Origin: an uncultured Nitrososphaerota archaeon
GTDB lineage: Archaea > Thermoproteota > Nitrososphaeria > Conexivisphaerales > DTJL01
NCBI GenBank assembly: GCA_963842885.1
Contig: CAWJIE010000004.1
Location: forward strand, 160,001 to 224,000
DNA: 64,000 nucleotides
Direction: 5' to 3'
Below, piece by piece: positions 28,879-37,077 of this stretch (its first letter is position 1; each line of letters starts with the position of its first letter). The notes below the pieces were generated by a model. It was not told the DNA's origin. It made no database searches and was given only the letters and a program-made list of their open reading frames with translations. A program made the position numbers and the translations under genes.

Positions 28879-29682
28879 ATGAAGATCTGTCTCGCCCAAG
28901 TCGCTGTCACGCCTTCGAAGGAGGAGAACCTGGGCAAGGTCATCTCCGTAATCGATCACCTGGACGCGGGGACCAAGCTCGTGGTGTTCCCTGAATACAG
29001 CATGGGCTTCCCGAATGCGGGCCTGAGCCGCAGATATGTGGAAGAGACCTCCGAAGAGATGGAGGGGAGTTTCGTCGGCGCGGTAGCTTCTTTGAGCAAG
29101 GAGAAGGGTGTGAGCGTCCTCCTCCCGATTCTCGAGAGGGGTCGTGGGCACCTTTACAACACCGCCGTCGTGATAGCCGGAGGGAAGGTACTGGGGGGCT
29201 ACAGGAAGACGAAGCTGTTCGACGCGTTCGGCTACAGGGAGTCCGACTTATTCGGGACGGGGTCCGAACTCGTCCTTTTCGAGCTTGGGTCGATCTCGTT
29301 CGGCACGGTGATCTGCTACGACATCAGGTTCCCCGAGCTGGTCAAGAAGCAAGCCATGGCTGGGGCCGATGTGATATTGGTACCTGCGGCGTGGTACAGG
29401 GGACAGATGAAGGAGGAACAATGGCAGACTCTGCTGATGTGCAGGGCCCATGAGAACACCTCATATGTCGTCGGCGTCGGGAACGCCAACGAGGCCTTCA
29501 TCGGCAGGAGCATGGTGGTCAGCCCGTCTGGCATCAAGGCGTTGGATCTCGGCGGAGGCGAATCCGTTGGATACTTCGACTTGGACTCCCGCGTCGTCTC
29601 CGATGCCCGCCGGAAACTCCCCGTCTTGAGGCAGTCTACAGAAAGGGCTCTAGCCTGCCGTGTCTTGGAAAGGGGCCGATAG
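28879..29682 (+). CDS. Carbon-nitrogen hydrolase (nitrilase superfamily, Nit/omega-amidase-like)
   Basis: E-K-C triad: 'VFPEY', 'YRKTKLFD', 'ICYDIRFPE'. Confidence 0.9.
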   Translation: MKICLAQVAVTPSKEENLGKVISVIDHLDAGTKLVVFPEYSMGFPNAGLSRRYVEETSEEMEGSFVGAVASLSKEKGVSVLLPILERGRGHLYNTAVVIAGGKVLGGYRKTKLFDAFGYRESDLFGTGSELVLFELGSISFGTVICYDIRFPELVKKQAMAGADVILVPAAWYRGQMKEEQWQTLLMCRAHENTSYVVGVGNANEAFIGRSMVVSPSGIKALDLGGGESVGYFDLDSRVVSDARRKLPVLRQSTERALACRVLERGR

Positions 29683-29685
29683 AGT

Positions 29686-30003
29686 TCACCTGTACCTGAT
29701 TCTGAGGACGTAGGATCGCCCGGTGGTCTCGGGATGGATGAATTCGCTCACGTCGTCCAACTCCGCCAAAAGACGGTCGAGCTTTCTGAAGAACCCGGCC
29801 CTCGGGAACTGGAAGTCCTCCACGCGGTGTCTTGGGAGGCCTCTCACCGCGGCTGTGATGTCCCAGACCTCGCTGGCGGGGAAGGCCGACGCATGAACCA
29901 AATGAAGGTCGGAATTGGCAGTGAGAGGACGGGCTTTTAGGTTTGATGGGCTTTCGCGCTCGGACGATGGGGCATCGGTCAAAGCTGAGCCCAGCAAGGC
30001 CAT
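29686..30003 (-). CDS. Small hypothetical protein (start uncertain)
   Basis: ORF convergent with the nitrilase gene; protein-like composition, no motif. Confidence 0.35.
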   Translation of the reverse strand: MALLGSALTDAPSSERESPSNLKARPLTANSDLHLVHASAFPASEVWDITAAVRGLPRHRVEDFQFPRAGFFRKLDRLLAELDDVSEFIHPETTGRSYVLRIRYR

Positions 30004-30044
30004 CGGAAAAGTTCTTACACCCGACAGCTGGGACCAATTCTGCT

Positions 30045-30123
30045 GGGCCGGTCGTCTAGTTCGGTCTTGGACATCTGCCTTACACGCAGAAGATCACAGG
30101 TTCGAATCCTGTTCGGCCCACCA
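30045..30123 (+). tRNA. tRNA-Val(UAC), intronless; CCA encoded
   Basis: GGGCCGG/TCGGCCC acceptor, TCTGC-CTTACAC-GCAGA anticodon arm, TTCGAAT T-loop. Confidence 0.95.
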
Positions 30124-30318
30124 ATCAATTCCACTAGGCTCCAGTCGGAGAAACAAATGATCTTCTGACGCCTGCTAGGCCTTGGCCGCCGCAGTGGCCA
30201 CCCTCGTGATAGGATTCGTCGCGAGGACGTTCTTGGGCATAGCGGTCTAGCGGCCTTGAGTAGGGTGACAGGCGCACTTCGCTAGAGTGAAGAGGCACAC
30301 GCCACACGATGGACTGGG

Positions 30319-30846
30319 CTAGAACAGCTCTTCCGGCGCGCCTTGCACCTGGCAGACGTATCGGGCCAGGACGAAGAGCAGGCTGGAGAGCCTGTTCATG
30401 AAGGCGATTTCGTAGCCCGCCGGCTTCCTCCCAATCTTCATCTTCACAACTCGCCTCTCAGCCCTCCGACAGACGGTTCGCGACACATGGAGGACGGCAC
30501 CAAGATGTGACCCTCCGGGCAGGATGAACCTCCTCAGCGTGGGCAGCTTGGAGTCGTAGTCCAGAGAGGCCTTCTCCAACCAAGCTACGTCTGCCGACGT
30601 CACCTCATAGCCTTTGATTGAGAGGAGTGCGGCGTTGTAGCGGAAAAGGGTGAGCTGGATGGCCCTGAGGGTGGCTGAGACATCCTCCATCTCCTTGGAC
30701 AGGGCCCGGGCGAGGCCTATGTATGCCACCAGCTCGTCCACCGTCCCGATAGCCTCCATCTGATCTGAATCCTTCCTGACCCTTGATCTGGCGGTCGCCG
30801 TCAGTCCGCCGTCGCCAGTCCCTGTGAAAGGCTTTGCCCTAGCCAA
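30319..30846 (-). CDS. ATP:cob(I)alamin adenosyltransferase, PduO type
   Basis: 'TGTGDGGLT', 'EAIGTVDEL', 'FILPGG', 'RTVCRRAER', 'NRLSSLLFVLAR'. Confidence 0.92.
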   Translation of the reverse strand: MARAKPFTGTGDGGLTATARSRVRKDSDQMEAIGTVDELVAYIGLARALSKEMEDVSATLRAIQLTLFRYNAALLSIKGYEVTSADVAWLEKASLDYDSKLPTLRRFILPGGSHLGAVLHVSRTVCRRAERRVVKMKIGRKPAGYEIAFMNRLSSLLFVLARYVCQVQGAPEELF

Positions 30847-31002
30847 AACTCCTTGCTCCGTCTTGGTGGTGGGCAGAGGGCCGTATGAAGTTTACTTGAG
30901 ACATGCAGTGACCGCGCGCAAGCAGTATCATGAGCGTGGTGGAGGGAAGTCTTATATGCGTCGTAGAATTGCTTCCGAATTCGCCTGCTTGGGTGTGGCG
31001 AT

Positions 31003-32490
31003 TTGGTTCAAGAGCCAGATTACGACGTCATCATCGCGGGAGGCGGCATGTCCGGCCTGCTCACTGCGGCTGCCTTAGGGGTCTACTCGAAGCAGAAGGC
31101 CCGAATCCTAGTTGTTGACAGGAACTCGCCCTCCGAGCCAGGGAAGAAGACGGTGAACGGGTGGACCTGCGGCGACGCCACATCGAAGAACAGCTTGGAG
31201 TACTTGAACAAGAACTTGGGCATTAGCTACCTCCCACCAGAGCTCGAGCACCCGGTGGACGGGGTCCTGCTCTTTTCCCCCGATCATCAGACCAAGGTCC
31301 TGTTCGAAGGAGAGGGGTTCATGCTCAGCAGGAAGTTGCTCGCCAGGCGCCAAGTCGAAGATGCCAAGAAGCTTGGCGTCGAGTTCGCCTTCGGGGTTAA
31401 CCTAGACGCACTCGTCGCTTACGATGGTTGGATTAGGGGCGTCGCCGGCAGGAATCAAGACGGTTCGAACTTCAAGAAGACGGCGAAGGTCGTGGTGGAC
31501 TCCGCTGGCTCCGCCACGAAGCTCAGGCGAAGCATACCCGTCGATTGCAAGATTGAGAAGGAGCTAGACAGAGACGACTTGGAGAGCACGGGCAGGTACA
31601 TCTTCGACTTCGAGAGGGGGGTGGAGGACAAGACCTGGTTCGACCCAAAGTACGCCATCATCCATTTCGATCAGTATCTTAGCCCTGGAGGATACTGTTG
31701 GACGTTTCCTCGAGGGGAGACCAGGGTGAACATTGGCCTCGGGGTACAGAAGTCAGCGCTGGACGCCAGGAACAAGGAATATGGCAAGAGCGACACCCTT
31801 CAGGACCTCATCGATCAGTACGTCATGACGAACAGGGCCATCAAGAACCCGGTGGTGTCGAAGGAGGAAAGGGACCTCGGCAACAACAAGGGGAGCTGGC
31901 AAGTGCCCGTCAGGAGGCACAACGACTGCCTGGTGGCGAACGGCTACGCCTTGGTGGGCGACGCTGCTTGGATGCCCAGACCGATAGATGCGGGGGGGAT
32001 AGGACCCTGCATCTATTCCAGCGTCATACTCGGAGGTGTTCTGGCGCGGGCGTTGGAGGCCAAAGACACCAGCGAAGCTGGCCTGTGGGGATACAACGTG
32101 GAATACATGCGGTTCTACGGCTTTCAGATGGCGAGCTTCGAAATCCTCAGGGCCTACCTTCAGACTCTTACCAACAAGCAAATCAGCTACGGAATGAAGC
32201 ACTTCCTGTCCGAGGAGGACGTGGCGCACATTACTAGGCGGCAGCATCCCGAATTCGACAGGCTGAGGATGTTCAACCCCATGATGTGGCTCAGAATCCT
32301 GAGCGAGCCAGCCCTGGCCAGCAACTTGAGGTTCACGGCCAAGAAGAGCGAGTCGCTAATAGCTCATAACCTGAGGTATCCGGAGAAGCCGGCGGGCTGG
32401 CTTGAGTGGAAGAAAGGCCTGGTCAGGGAGATGAACGAGGCGTTCAGGAGATTCCAGGTCAAAGAGATCACCGGGACTCCGATCGCCTGA
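31003..32490 (+). CDS. Geranylgeranyl reductase-family flavoprotein (digeranylgeranylglycerophospholipid reductase-like)
   Basis: 'DVIIAGGGMSG', 'TCGDA', 'PGGYCWTFP', 'LVGDAA..PRPIDAGGI'. Confidence 0.85.
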   Translation: MVQEPDYDVIIAGGGMSGLLTAAALGVYSKQKARILVVDRNSPSEPGKKTVNGWTCGDATSKNSLEYLNKNLGISYLPPELEHPVDGVLLFSPDHQTKVLFEGEGFMLSRKLLARRQVEDAKKLGVEFAFGVNLDALVAYDGWIRGVAGRNQDGSNFKKTAKVVVDSAGSATKLRRSIPVDCKIEKELDRDDLESTGRYIFDFERGVEDKTWFDPKYAIIHFDQYLSPGGYCWTFPRGETRVNIGLGVQKSALDARNKEYGKSDTLQDLIDQYVMTNRAIKNPVVSKEERDLGNNKGSWQVPVRRHNDCLVANGYALVGDAAWMPRPIDAGGIGPCIYSSVILGGVLARALEAKDTSEAGLWGYNVEYMRFYGFQMASFEILRAYLQTLTNKQISYGMKHFLSEEDVAHITRRQHPEFDRLRMFNPMMWLRILSEPALASNLRFTAKKSESLIAHNLRYPEKPAGWLEWKKGLVREMNEAFRRFQVKEITGTPIA

Positions 32491-32523
32491 ACGGGCTGGA
32501 GCGTGCTCGCTGGTGCGTAAAGG

Positions 32524-33435
32524 TTGCTCAGACGCATTGACTTGAAAGGCGAGGCCCTGGACCTCGACTACACGTTCGAATCCGGGCAGATCTTCCAGTG
32601 GAGGAAGGCGGACGGCTGGTGGCTGGGGCTGGTCGACCTCCATGCGACGCTTCTAAAGACTGAGGGTGGTTCGCTCCTGTTCAGGTCAGAACATGGCTTG
32701 TCAGAGGACGCGTTGCGAAGGTTCCTCAGCCTGGACATCCGGCACGACGAACTCGCAGGAGGGAGATTCATCGATGAATTCTCCCACTCCCTGCTTCGGA
32801 AGTACAGAGGGTTGAGGATCCTGCGGCAGGACCCTTGGGCCTGCCTTGTCACCTACATGATCTCCGCTAGCCTCAGCATCAAGGCCATAGACAAGGTGCT
32901 GGGCAGCATCGCATCTCCGGCCAAGGAGGTGAGAGTGGGTGGGCACTTTCTCAACGCCTTTCCCGGCCCTAGGGAGTTTCTGCGCATGCGGAGACCCCGG
33001 AGAGGTTACCTTGGCAGGAAATGGGGCTATCTGAGGGGCGCCGCGAGAAGCGTCGCGGCTGGGGGGCTTGACTTGGGCGATCTCAGGGCTTTCTCCTATG
33101 ATGAAGCATGGAGGTCTCTTGTCATCACAGAACAGGGCCACATCCTGGGGGTCGGCCCGAAAGTGGCTGACTGCGTTCTCCTTTTTTCGCTGGACAAGCT
33201 TGAGGCCTTCCCCTTGGACAGATGGATACTGCGCGGGCTGCGGCGGCACTACGACTGGCTGGTGCCGGAAAGGACGGCGCTCAAGCTGAAGAACAAGGGA
33301 GAGACCCTCACTCGCAGGGAATATGAAGAGATATCCAGCAACGCGAGATCGTATTTCGGCGACTTGGGTGGGCTGATACAGGAGTGCCTATTCCTCCACA
33401 TGAGGACGGCGACGCCTATGCGGCCTTCGGCTTAA
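32524..33435 (+). CDS. OGG1-type 8-oxoguanine DNA glycosylase/AP lyase
   Basis: 'DLDYTFESGQIFQW', 'GLRILRQDPW', HhH 'GVGPKVADCVLLF', 'AFPLD'. Confidence 0.88.
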   Translation: MLRRIDLKGEALDLDYTFESGQIFQWRKADGWWLGLVDLHATLLKTEGGSLLFRSEHGLSEDALRRFLSLDIRHDELAGGRFIDEFSHSLLRKYRGLRILRQDPWACLVTYMISASLSIKAIDKVLGSIASPAKEVRVGGHFLNAFPGPREFLRMRRPRRGYLGRKWGYLRGAARSVAAGGLDLGDLRAFSYDEAWRSLVITEQGHILGVGPKVADCVLLFSLDKLEAFPLDRWILRGLRRHYDWLVPERTALKLKNKGETLTRREYEEISSNARSYFGDLGGLIQECLFLHMRTATPMRPSA

Positions 33436-34132
33436 TCGATTCCAGCAGCTTCACGTTCTGCTCGTGAGAGGTCTTCCGCCTGTTGTCCACGCGAAGCCCA
33501 GATTGCAGCGCTCGGCTTTTGGTTACGCCAGCCGCTCGGAGCTCGGCGTACGAGAAGCCCTTAGCTTCCCTTTGCTTCACATCTCCCCCGTACGCGAACA
33601 TCACCATGGGAGCGGCCTTGCTCTTGATGGGCGCTGGTTTGGGCTTCGACACTCTTACGGCCTTTGGAACCACGACCTTCTTGACCTTGGGAGCCGGCTT
33701 CGGAACCACGACGGCCTCCTGGGGCGCCTTGCTTGGCGTCTCCTTCGTGACTGTCACGGTCGCCGCAACTGGCTTCGCCGCGACGGGCTTAGCCACGCGT
33801 TCGGTGACCTTGGGCTTCTCGGCAGGCTTGGGGGCCTCGGGAATGAGTTTCTCCTGCTTCGGTGCTGGGGAGGCCTTCGTCCTAGGCTTCGCAGCAGCCT
33901 TCTTCGCACTCACCTTCGTCACCTTCGTCACCTTCGTCACCTTCGGGGCGGCTTTCTCGGCGGCCTCCTCGACCCTGGCCGAGGCCTTGGCCCTGGTGAC
34001 CCTCTTCGTGGCCTTCGCCGGTGCCTTCTTGGGCACCGTGGCCTTCTTCACACGGGCTTCCTTTTCGACCTTGGCAGGCTTCTTCGCCTTCCTCTTCGAA
34101 GGCGTCTTCTTAGCGGACTTGTCTTCACTCAA
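33416..34132 (-). CDS. rpl13e: Ribosomal protein L13e with a long Lys/Ala/Pro-rich N-terminal extension
   Basis: C-terminal 'REAKGFSYAELRAAG...GLRVDNRRKTSHEQNV' matches the eL13 signature; the preceding ~165 aa are low-complexity and basic. Confidence 0.82.
   Translation of the reverse strand: MSEDKSAKKTPSKRKAKKPAKVEKEARVKKATVPKKAPAKATKRVTRAKASARVEEAAEKAAPKVTKVTKVTKVSAKKAAAKPRTKASPAPKQEKLIPEAPKPAEKPKVTERVAKPVAAKPVAATVTVTKETPSKAPQEAVVVPKPAPKVKKVVVPKAVRVSKPKPAPIKSKAAPMVMFAYGGDVKQREAKGFSYAELRAAGVTKSRALQSGLRVDNRRKTSHEQNVKLLESIKPKAA
33911..33945. repeat. 9-bp tandem repeat (CACCTTCGT)x~3.9 encoding KVT repeats in the eL13 extension
   Basis: caccttcgt caccttcgt caccttcgt caccttcg seen directly. 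Confidence 0.9.
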
Positions 34133-34213
34133 TGCAATTCATCAGTAACTAACCGTGTTACGGCGGATAGGCTTTACCGATTACCATATAAAAACGCTTT
34201 CCAATGTAACGGG

Positions 34214-34636
34214 ATGAAGTTGATTCAGGCGCCAAAGGAGCTCAGAATCAAGAGAGATGACTTGGCCTCCATCCTGCTTCAGGGCAGAGAAGAGTTACCC
34301 TTGGAGTCTTGCGGCCTAATGGTAGGGAAGAGGGATGGAGTTTCATGCCTCTGCGACCATATCCTTCCCACCGAGAACATCGACAAGTCCCCCCGTTCCT
34401 TCACGATCGCCCCTGAGGAGCTCTTGGAAGGTTATCGCCACGCCGACAGGATCGGCATGGAGCTCGTGGGCATCTACCATTCTCATCCCGCCCGGCCAGC
34501 GCCTTCTCAAGTTGACATCGGGTTCATGAAATGGAGTGCGCCGGTCTGGCTCATCGTCTCAAGCCTGAACTGGGAATATGCCGCATTCAGGTTGGACGGC
34601 GAGCGCCCAACGAAGGTCGACGTCACGCTGCTCTAG
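34214..34636 (+). CDS. JAMM/MPN+ metalloprotease (desampylase-like)
   Basis: 'ESCGLMVG' and 'IYHSHP..PAPSQVD' JAMM motif; ATG 34214. Confidence 0.9.
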   Translation: MKLIQAPKELRIKRDDLASILLQGREELPLESCGLMVGKRDGVSCLCDHILPTENIDKSPRSFTIAPEELLEGYRHADRIGMELVGIYHSHPARPAPSQVDIGFMKWSAPVWLIVSSLNWEYAAFRLDGERPTKVDVTLL

Positions 34637-34676
34637 CCAACCTTTTATCCTCAATGACGGGCTACCCCAAGGGGAG

Positions 34677-35230
34677 TTGATCGAAAATAAGAGCCATGGT
34701 GGAATCGCAGGGACTTCAGGAAGCTCTTTGACGACCTTGACAAGGAGCCGGAGGACATTCTCGAGATGTTTGAGAAGACCTTGAAGTCGTTCGAGAATTT
34801 TCCCGCGGACAGCGAGTTCGAAGGCTCATTCTTCTACGGGTTCTCCATAACGCAGGGACCTGAAGGCAAGCCCGTCATCAGGGAATTTGGAAACGTCAAG
34901 CCGTCTGGTCGTTCCATCTCCAGGTCGGACACTCGTGAACCCCTGGTGGACACGGTGTACGACCGCAAGCACAATGAAGTCAGAGTGGTGGTCGACATGC
35001 CCGGGGTCGACCCAAGGGAAGTCGTAATCTCCATTCACCAGCGTAGTGTCCGCGTACGTGCCTCCGACGGCGACCGAAGATACGAAACGAGCGTCCCGCT
35101 CGACGTCCCCGTCGAAGGGAAGCTCCTCAGGAAGACCTTCAATAACGGCGTCTTGGAGCTGACCTTGCGGGCCAAGCCCTTGCGCCGAGGTCGCAAGGGC
35201 CCGCGAACTGGAGCCGTTCCGTCTTCGTAG
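34677..35230 (+). CDS. hsp20: Archaeal small heat-shock protein Hsp20; probable indel near 34690
   Basis: 'FYGFSITQGPEGKPVIREFGNV', 'REPLVD', 'DMPGV', 'FNNGVLEL'; upstream 'EPWWNRRDF' frame is cut off from the TTG start. Confidence 0.88.
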
Positions 35231-35238
35231 CGATAACC

Positions 35239-35246
35239 TTTTTATC
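35239..35246 (+). promoter_or_regulatory. Probable TATA box of tRNA-Tyr (predicted TSS about 35270)
   Basis: TTTTTATC centred about 27 nt upstream of G35270. Confidence 0.55.
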
Positions 35247-35279
35247 GGGAGCTCGTGGAGCTTCAAACCGGTCCCGCGT

Positions 35280-35461
35280 CCCGCGGTAAGAACCTCCCTT
35301 CAGGGGGCTCCCGCAGGCTCAGCCTGGTAGAGCTTCCGACATGAGCGGTTGCGACCGTTCGTGGGAGATGCTGTAGTGGTTGGCTGTGGCTGACCCGTCC
35401 AGCCTGCCAGGCCTACACAGAAACCGGAGTGTCGCAGGCTCAAATCCTGCCCGCGGGACCA
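35280..35461 (+). tRNA. tRNA-Tyr(GUA) with three introns: 9/10 (35289-35316), 30/31 (35339-35369), 37/38 (35377-35422); CCA encoded
   Basis: Spliced product CCCGCGGTA|GCTCAGCCTGGTAGAGCTTCCG|GCT-GTA-G|ACCGGAGTGTCGCAGGCTCAAATCCTGCCCGCGGGACCA with the C1-G72/A73 Tyr identity; each insert has a 4-bp helix flanked by 3-nt bulges. Confidence 0.92.
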
Positions 35462-35512
35462 ACATAGCTCCCTAGGCTGGGCCACGATTCGAAAGGCGAG
35501 GTCAAAGGGTGG

Positions 35513-36118
35513 TCAGGAGATGACCAGAAAGACGAAGATGAGCTCGTCAAAAAGGACGTGCGAAACCAGGACGGGGAAGAGGTTTCCCAGCCTGTTGAAC
35601 ATATATCCCCAGAAGAGGCCACCGATGAGCGCCACCAGCATCAGGGAGGGGTTGAAGGTGGAGACGTGAATCATAGTGTATAGAGCGCTCGTCAACAGTA
35701 AGGCCATGTTCGGCGAAACTGTGGTGTTGAGGTGCCGCTGAATGAATCCCCTCCAATACAGCTCCTCAGAGGGGCCGATGGGGAAGAGGAGGGCGGCCGA
35801 TATGAAAGTGATGGGTGTGCTTCCTCGGAGCTGGTACACCCAGTTGACCTGCTGCGAGAAACCGGCGAAGCCCTTGACGATCTGGAACCCTCCCCAGAAG
35901 AAGGCGTAGATGAGCAGAGCGCATGCGACGCCTATCAGAAGGTCTTTCGCCGTGACCCTGATCTTCATTGAAGAGAAGCGGATGAGCGAGAGGGAGAGGA
36001 GTATCAGCGCTGACACCGTTATCATGGGCCAGAAACCTCCGAGCACGGGGTCGTTGAAGAGGAAGAACCAGAGGACGAAGGGCACGGGGAGGGTCAACAC
36101 TTCATAGCTAATCTTCAT
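35513..36118 (-). CDS. CPBP (CAAX/Abi) family intramembrane glutamic protease
   Basis: 'SEELYWRG', 'YTMIH', 'SHVLFD'. Confidence 0.88.
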   Translation of the reverse strand: MKISYEVLTLPVPFVLWFFLFNDPVLGGFWPMITVSALILLSLSLIRFSSMKIRVTAKDLLIGVACALLIYAFFWGGFQIVKGFAGFSQQVNWVYQLRGSTPITFISAALLFPIGPSEELYWRGFIQRHLNTTVSPNMALLLTSALYTMIHVSTFNPSLMLVALIGGLFWGYMFNRLGNLFPVLVSHVLFDELIFVFLVIS

Positions 36119-36159
36119 GGTTCTCCCCACCAAGGTCCTCCGGTGCAGTGTTCAATAAA

Positions 36160-37077
36160 CTATCGTGATGAAAAGATTCTCCCTGTCTTCTGGTTGTTCG
36201 CCACGGAGGTCCAGTTCTCCTCAATCGCCGCCATGAACCTCTCCCTTTCATCCTCGGTCATCTTGGCGAACCTTCCTTGGGCCTTCAGGTAGAGTTCGAT
36301 GGGCTTCCGTCTCTCCTTGTTGACGAAGGGCAGGCTGGGCGTAGACAGCCTGTAAACGCCGTCTTCCACTTCGTAAACTATCCAGGAGCCGGTCTGGACG
36401 GCGAGGCGACCCACCTCTATGGTCTTCTCCGAAGAGAACTTCCAACCCGGAGGACAGGGGGCGTGCAGATGGATGTACTTGAAGCCTTGAATCCTAGCAG
36501 CCTTCTGTAGCTTCTCCGCAAAGTCGAGTGGGAAGGCCACGCTAGCAGTGGCCACGTATGGCACGTGGTGCATCATCATTATGGAGGGGAGGTCCTTCTT
36601 GCCCTCTATCTTGCCGGTGACGGTGGTCGTTGTCCAGGCCCCGATGGGGGTCGAGCTGCTCCGCTGTATCCCCGTGTTCATGTAGGCCTCGTTGTCATAG
36701 CAGACGTAGATGATGTTCGCGTTCCTCTCGGCAGCCCCGCTGAGCGACGCCATGCCTATGTCCGAAGTGGCCCCGTCGCCTGCCCACACCAGAACGCTGA
36801 CGTCCTTCACGCCCCTCTGCTCCAGCGCCGCAGCTACGCCAGATGCGCTAGATGACGCGGCAGCGAAAGCTATGTTGAGGAGCGGCACGCGGGCTGATGT
36901 CTTGGGGAAGGAGCCCTGGATGATGGTGGCGCAGCCTGCGGGCACCACCATGATGGTCTTTGGCCCCAGCGCCTTCAGAGCGATGCGCAAGCCGACGGCG
37001 GCAGGGCAGCCGTGGCATGAGGGGTTGCCGCCCAGCCAGTACTCCTCGTTGGGAAGGTCCTTGATCTTCAATACCAT
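36160..37077 (-). CDS. porB: 2-oxoacid:ferredoxin oxidoreductase beta subunit
   Basis: 'SCHGCP', TPP motif 'GDGATSDIG...DNEAYMNTGIQRSSSTP'. Confidence 0.92.
   Translation of the reverse strand: MVLKIKDLPNEEYWLGGNPSCHGCPAAVGLRIALKALGPKTIMVVPAGCATIIQGSFPKTSARVPLLNIAFAAASSSASGVAAALEQRGVKDVSVLVWAGDGATSDIGMASLSGAAERNANIIYVCYDNEAYMNTGIQRSSSTPIGAWTTTTVTGKIEGKKDLPSIMMMHHVPYVATASVAFPLDFAEKLQKAARIQGFKYIHLHAPCPPGWKFSSEKTIEVGRLAVQTGSWIVYEVEDGVYRLSTPSLPFVNKERRKPIELYLKAQGRFAKMTEDERERFMAAIEENWTSVANNQKTGRIFSSR

Noticed and set aside
35331-35350. tRNA-Met(CAT) reading of the 35280 locus
   Set aside because: The CAT lies inside the 30/31 intron hairpin; the C1-G72 pair, A73 and the TCCGG/CCGGA stem around CT-GTA-GA identify Tyr
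35377-35422. Box C/D guide RNA in the 46-nt tRNA-Tyr intron
   Set aside because: CTGA is present but there is no RUGAUGA C box
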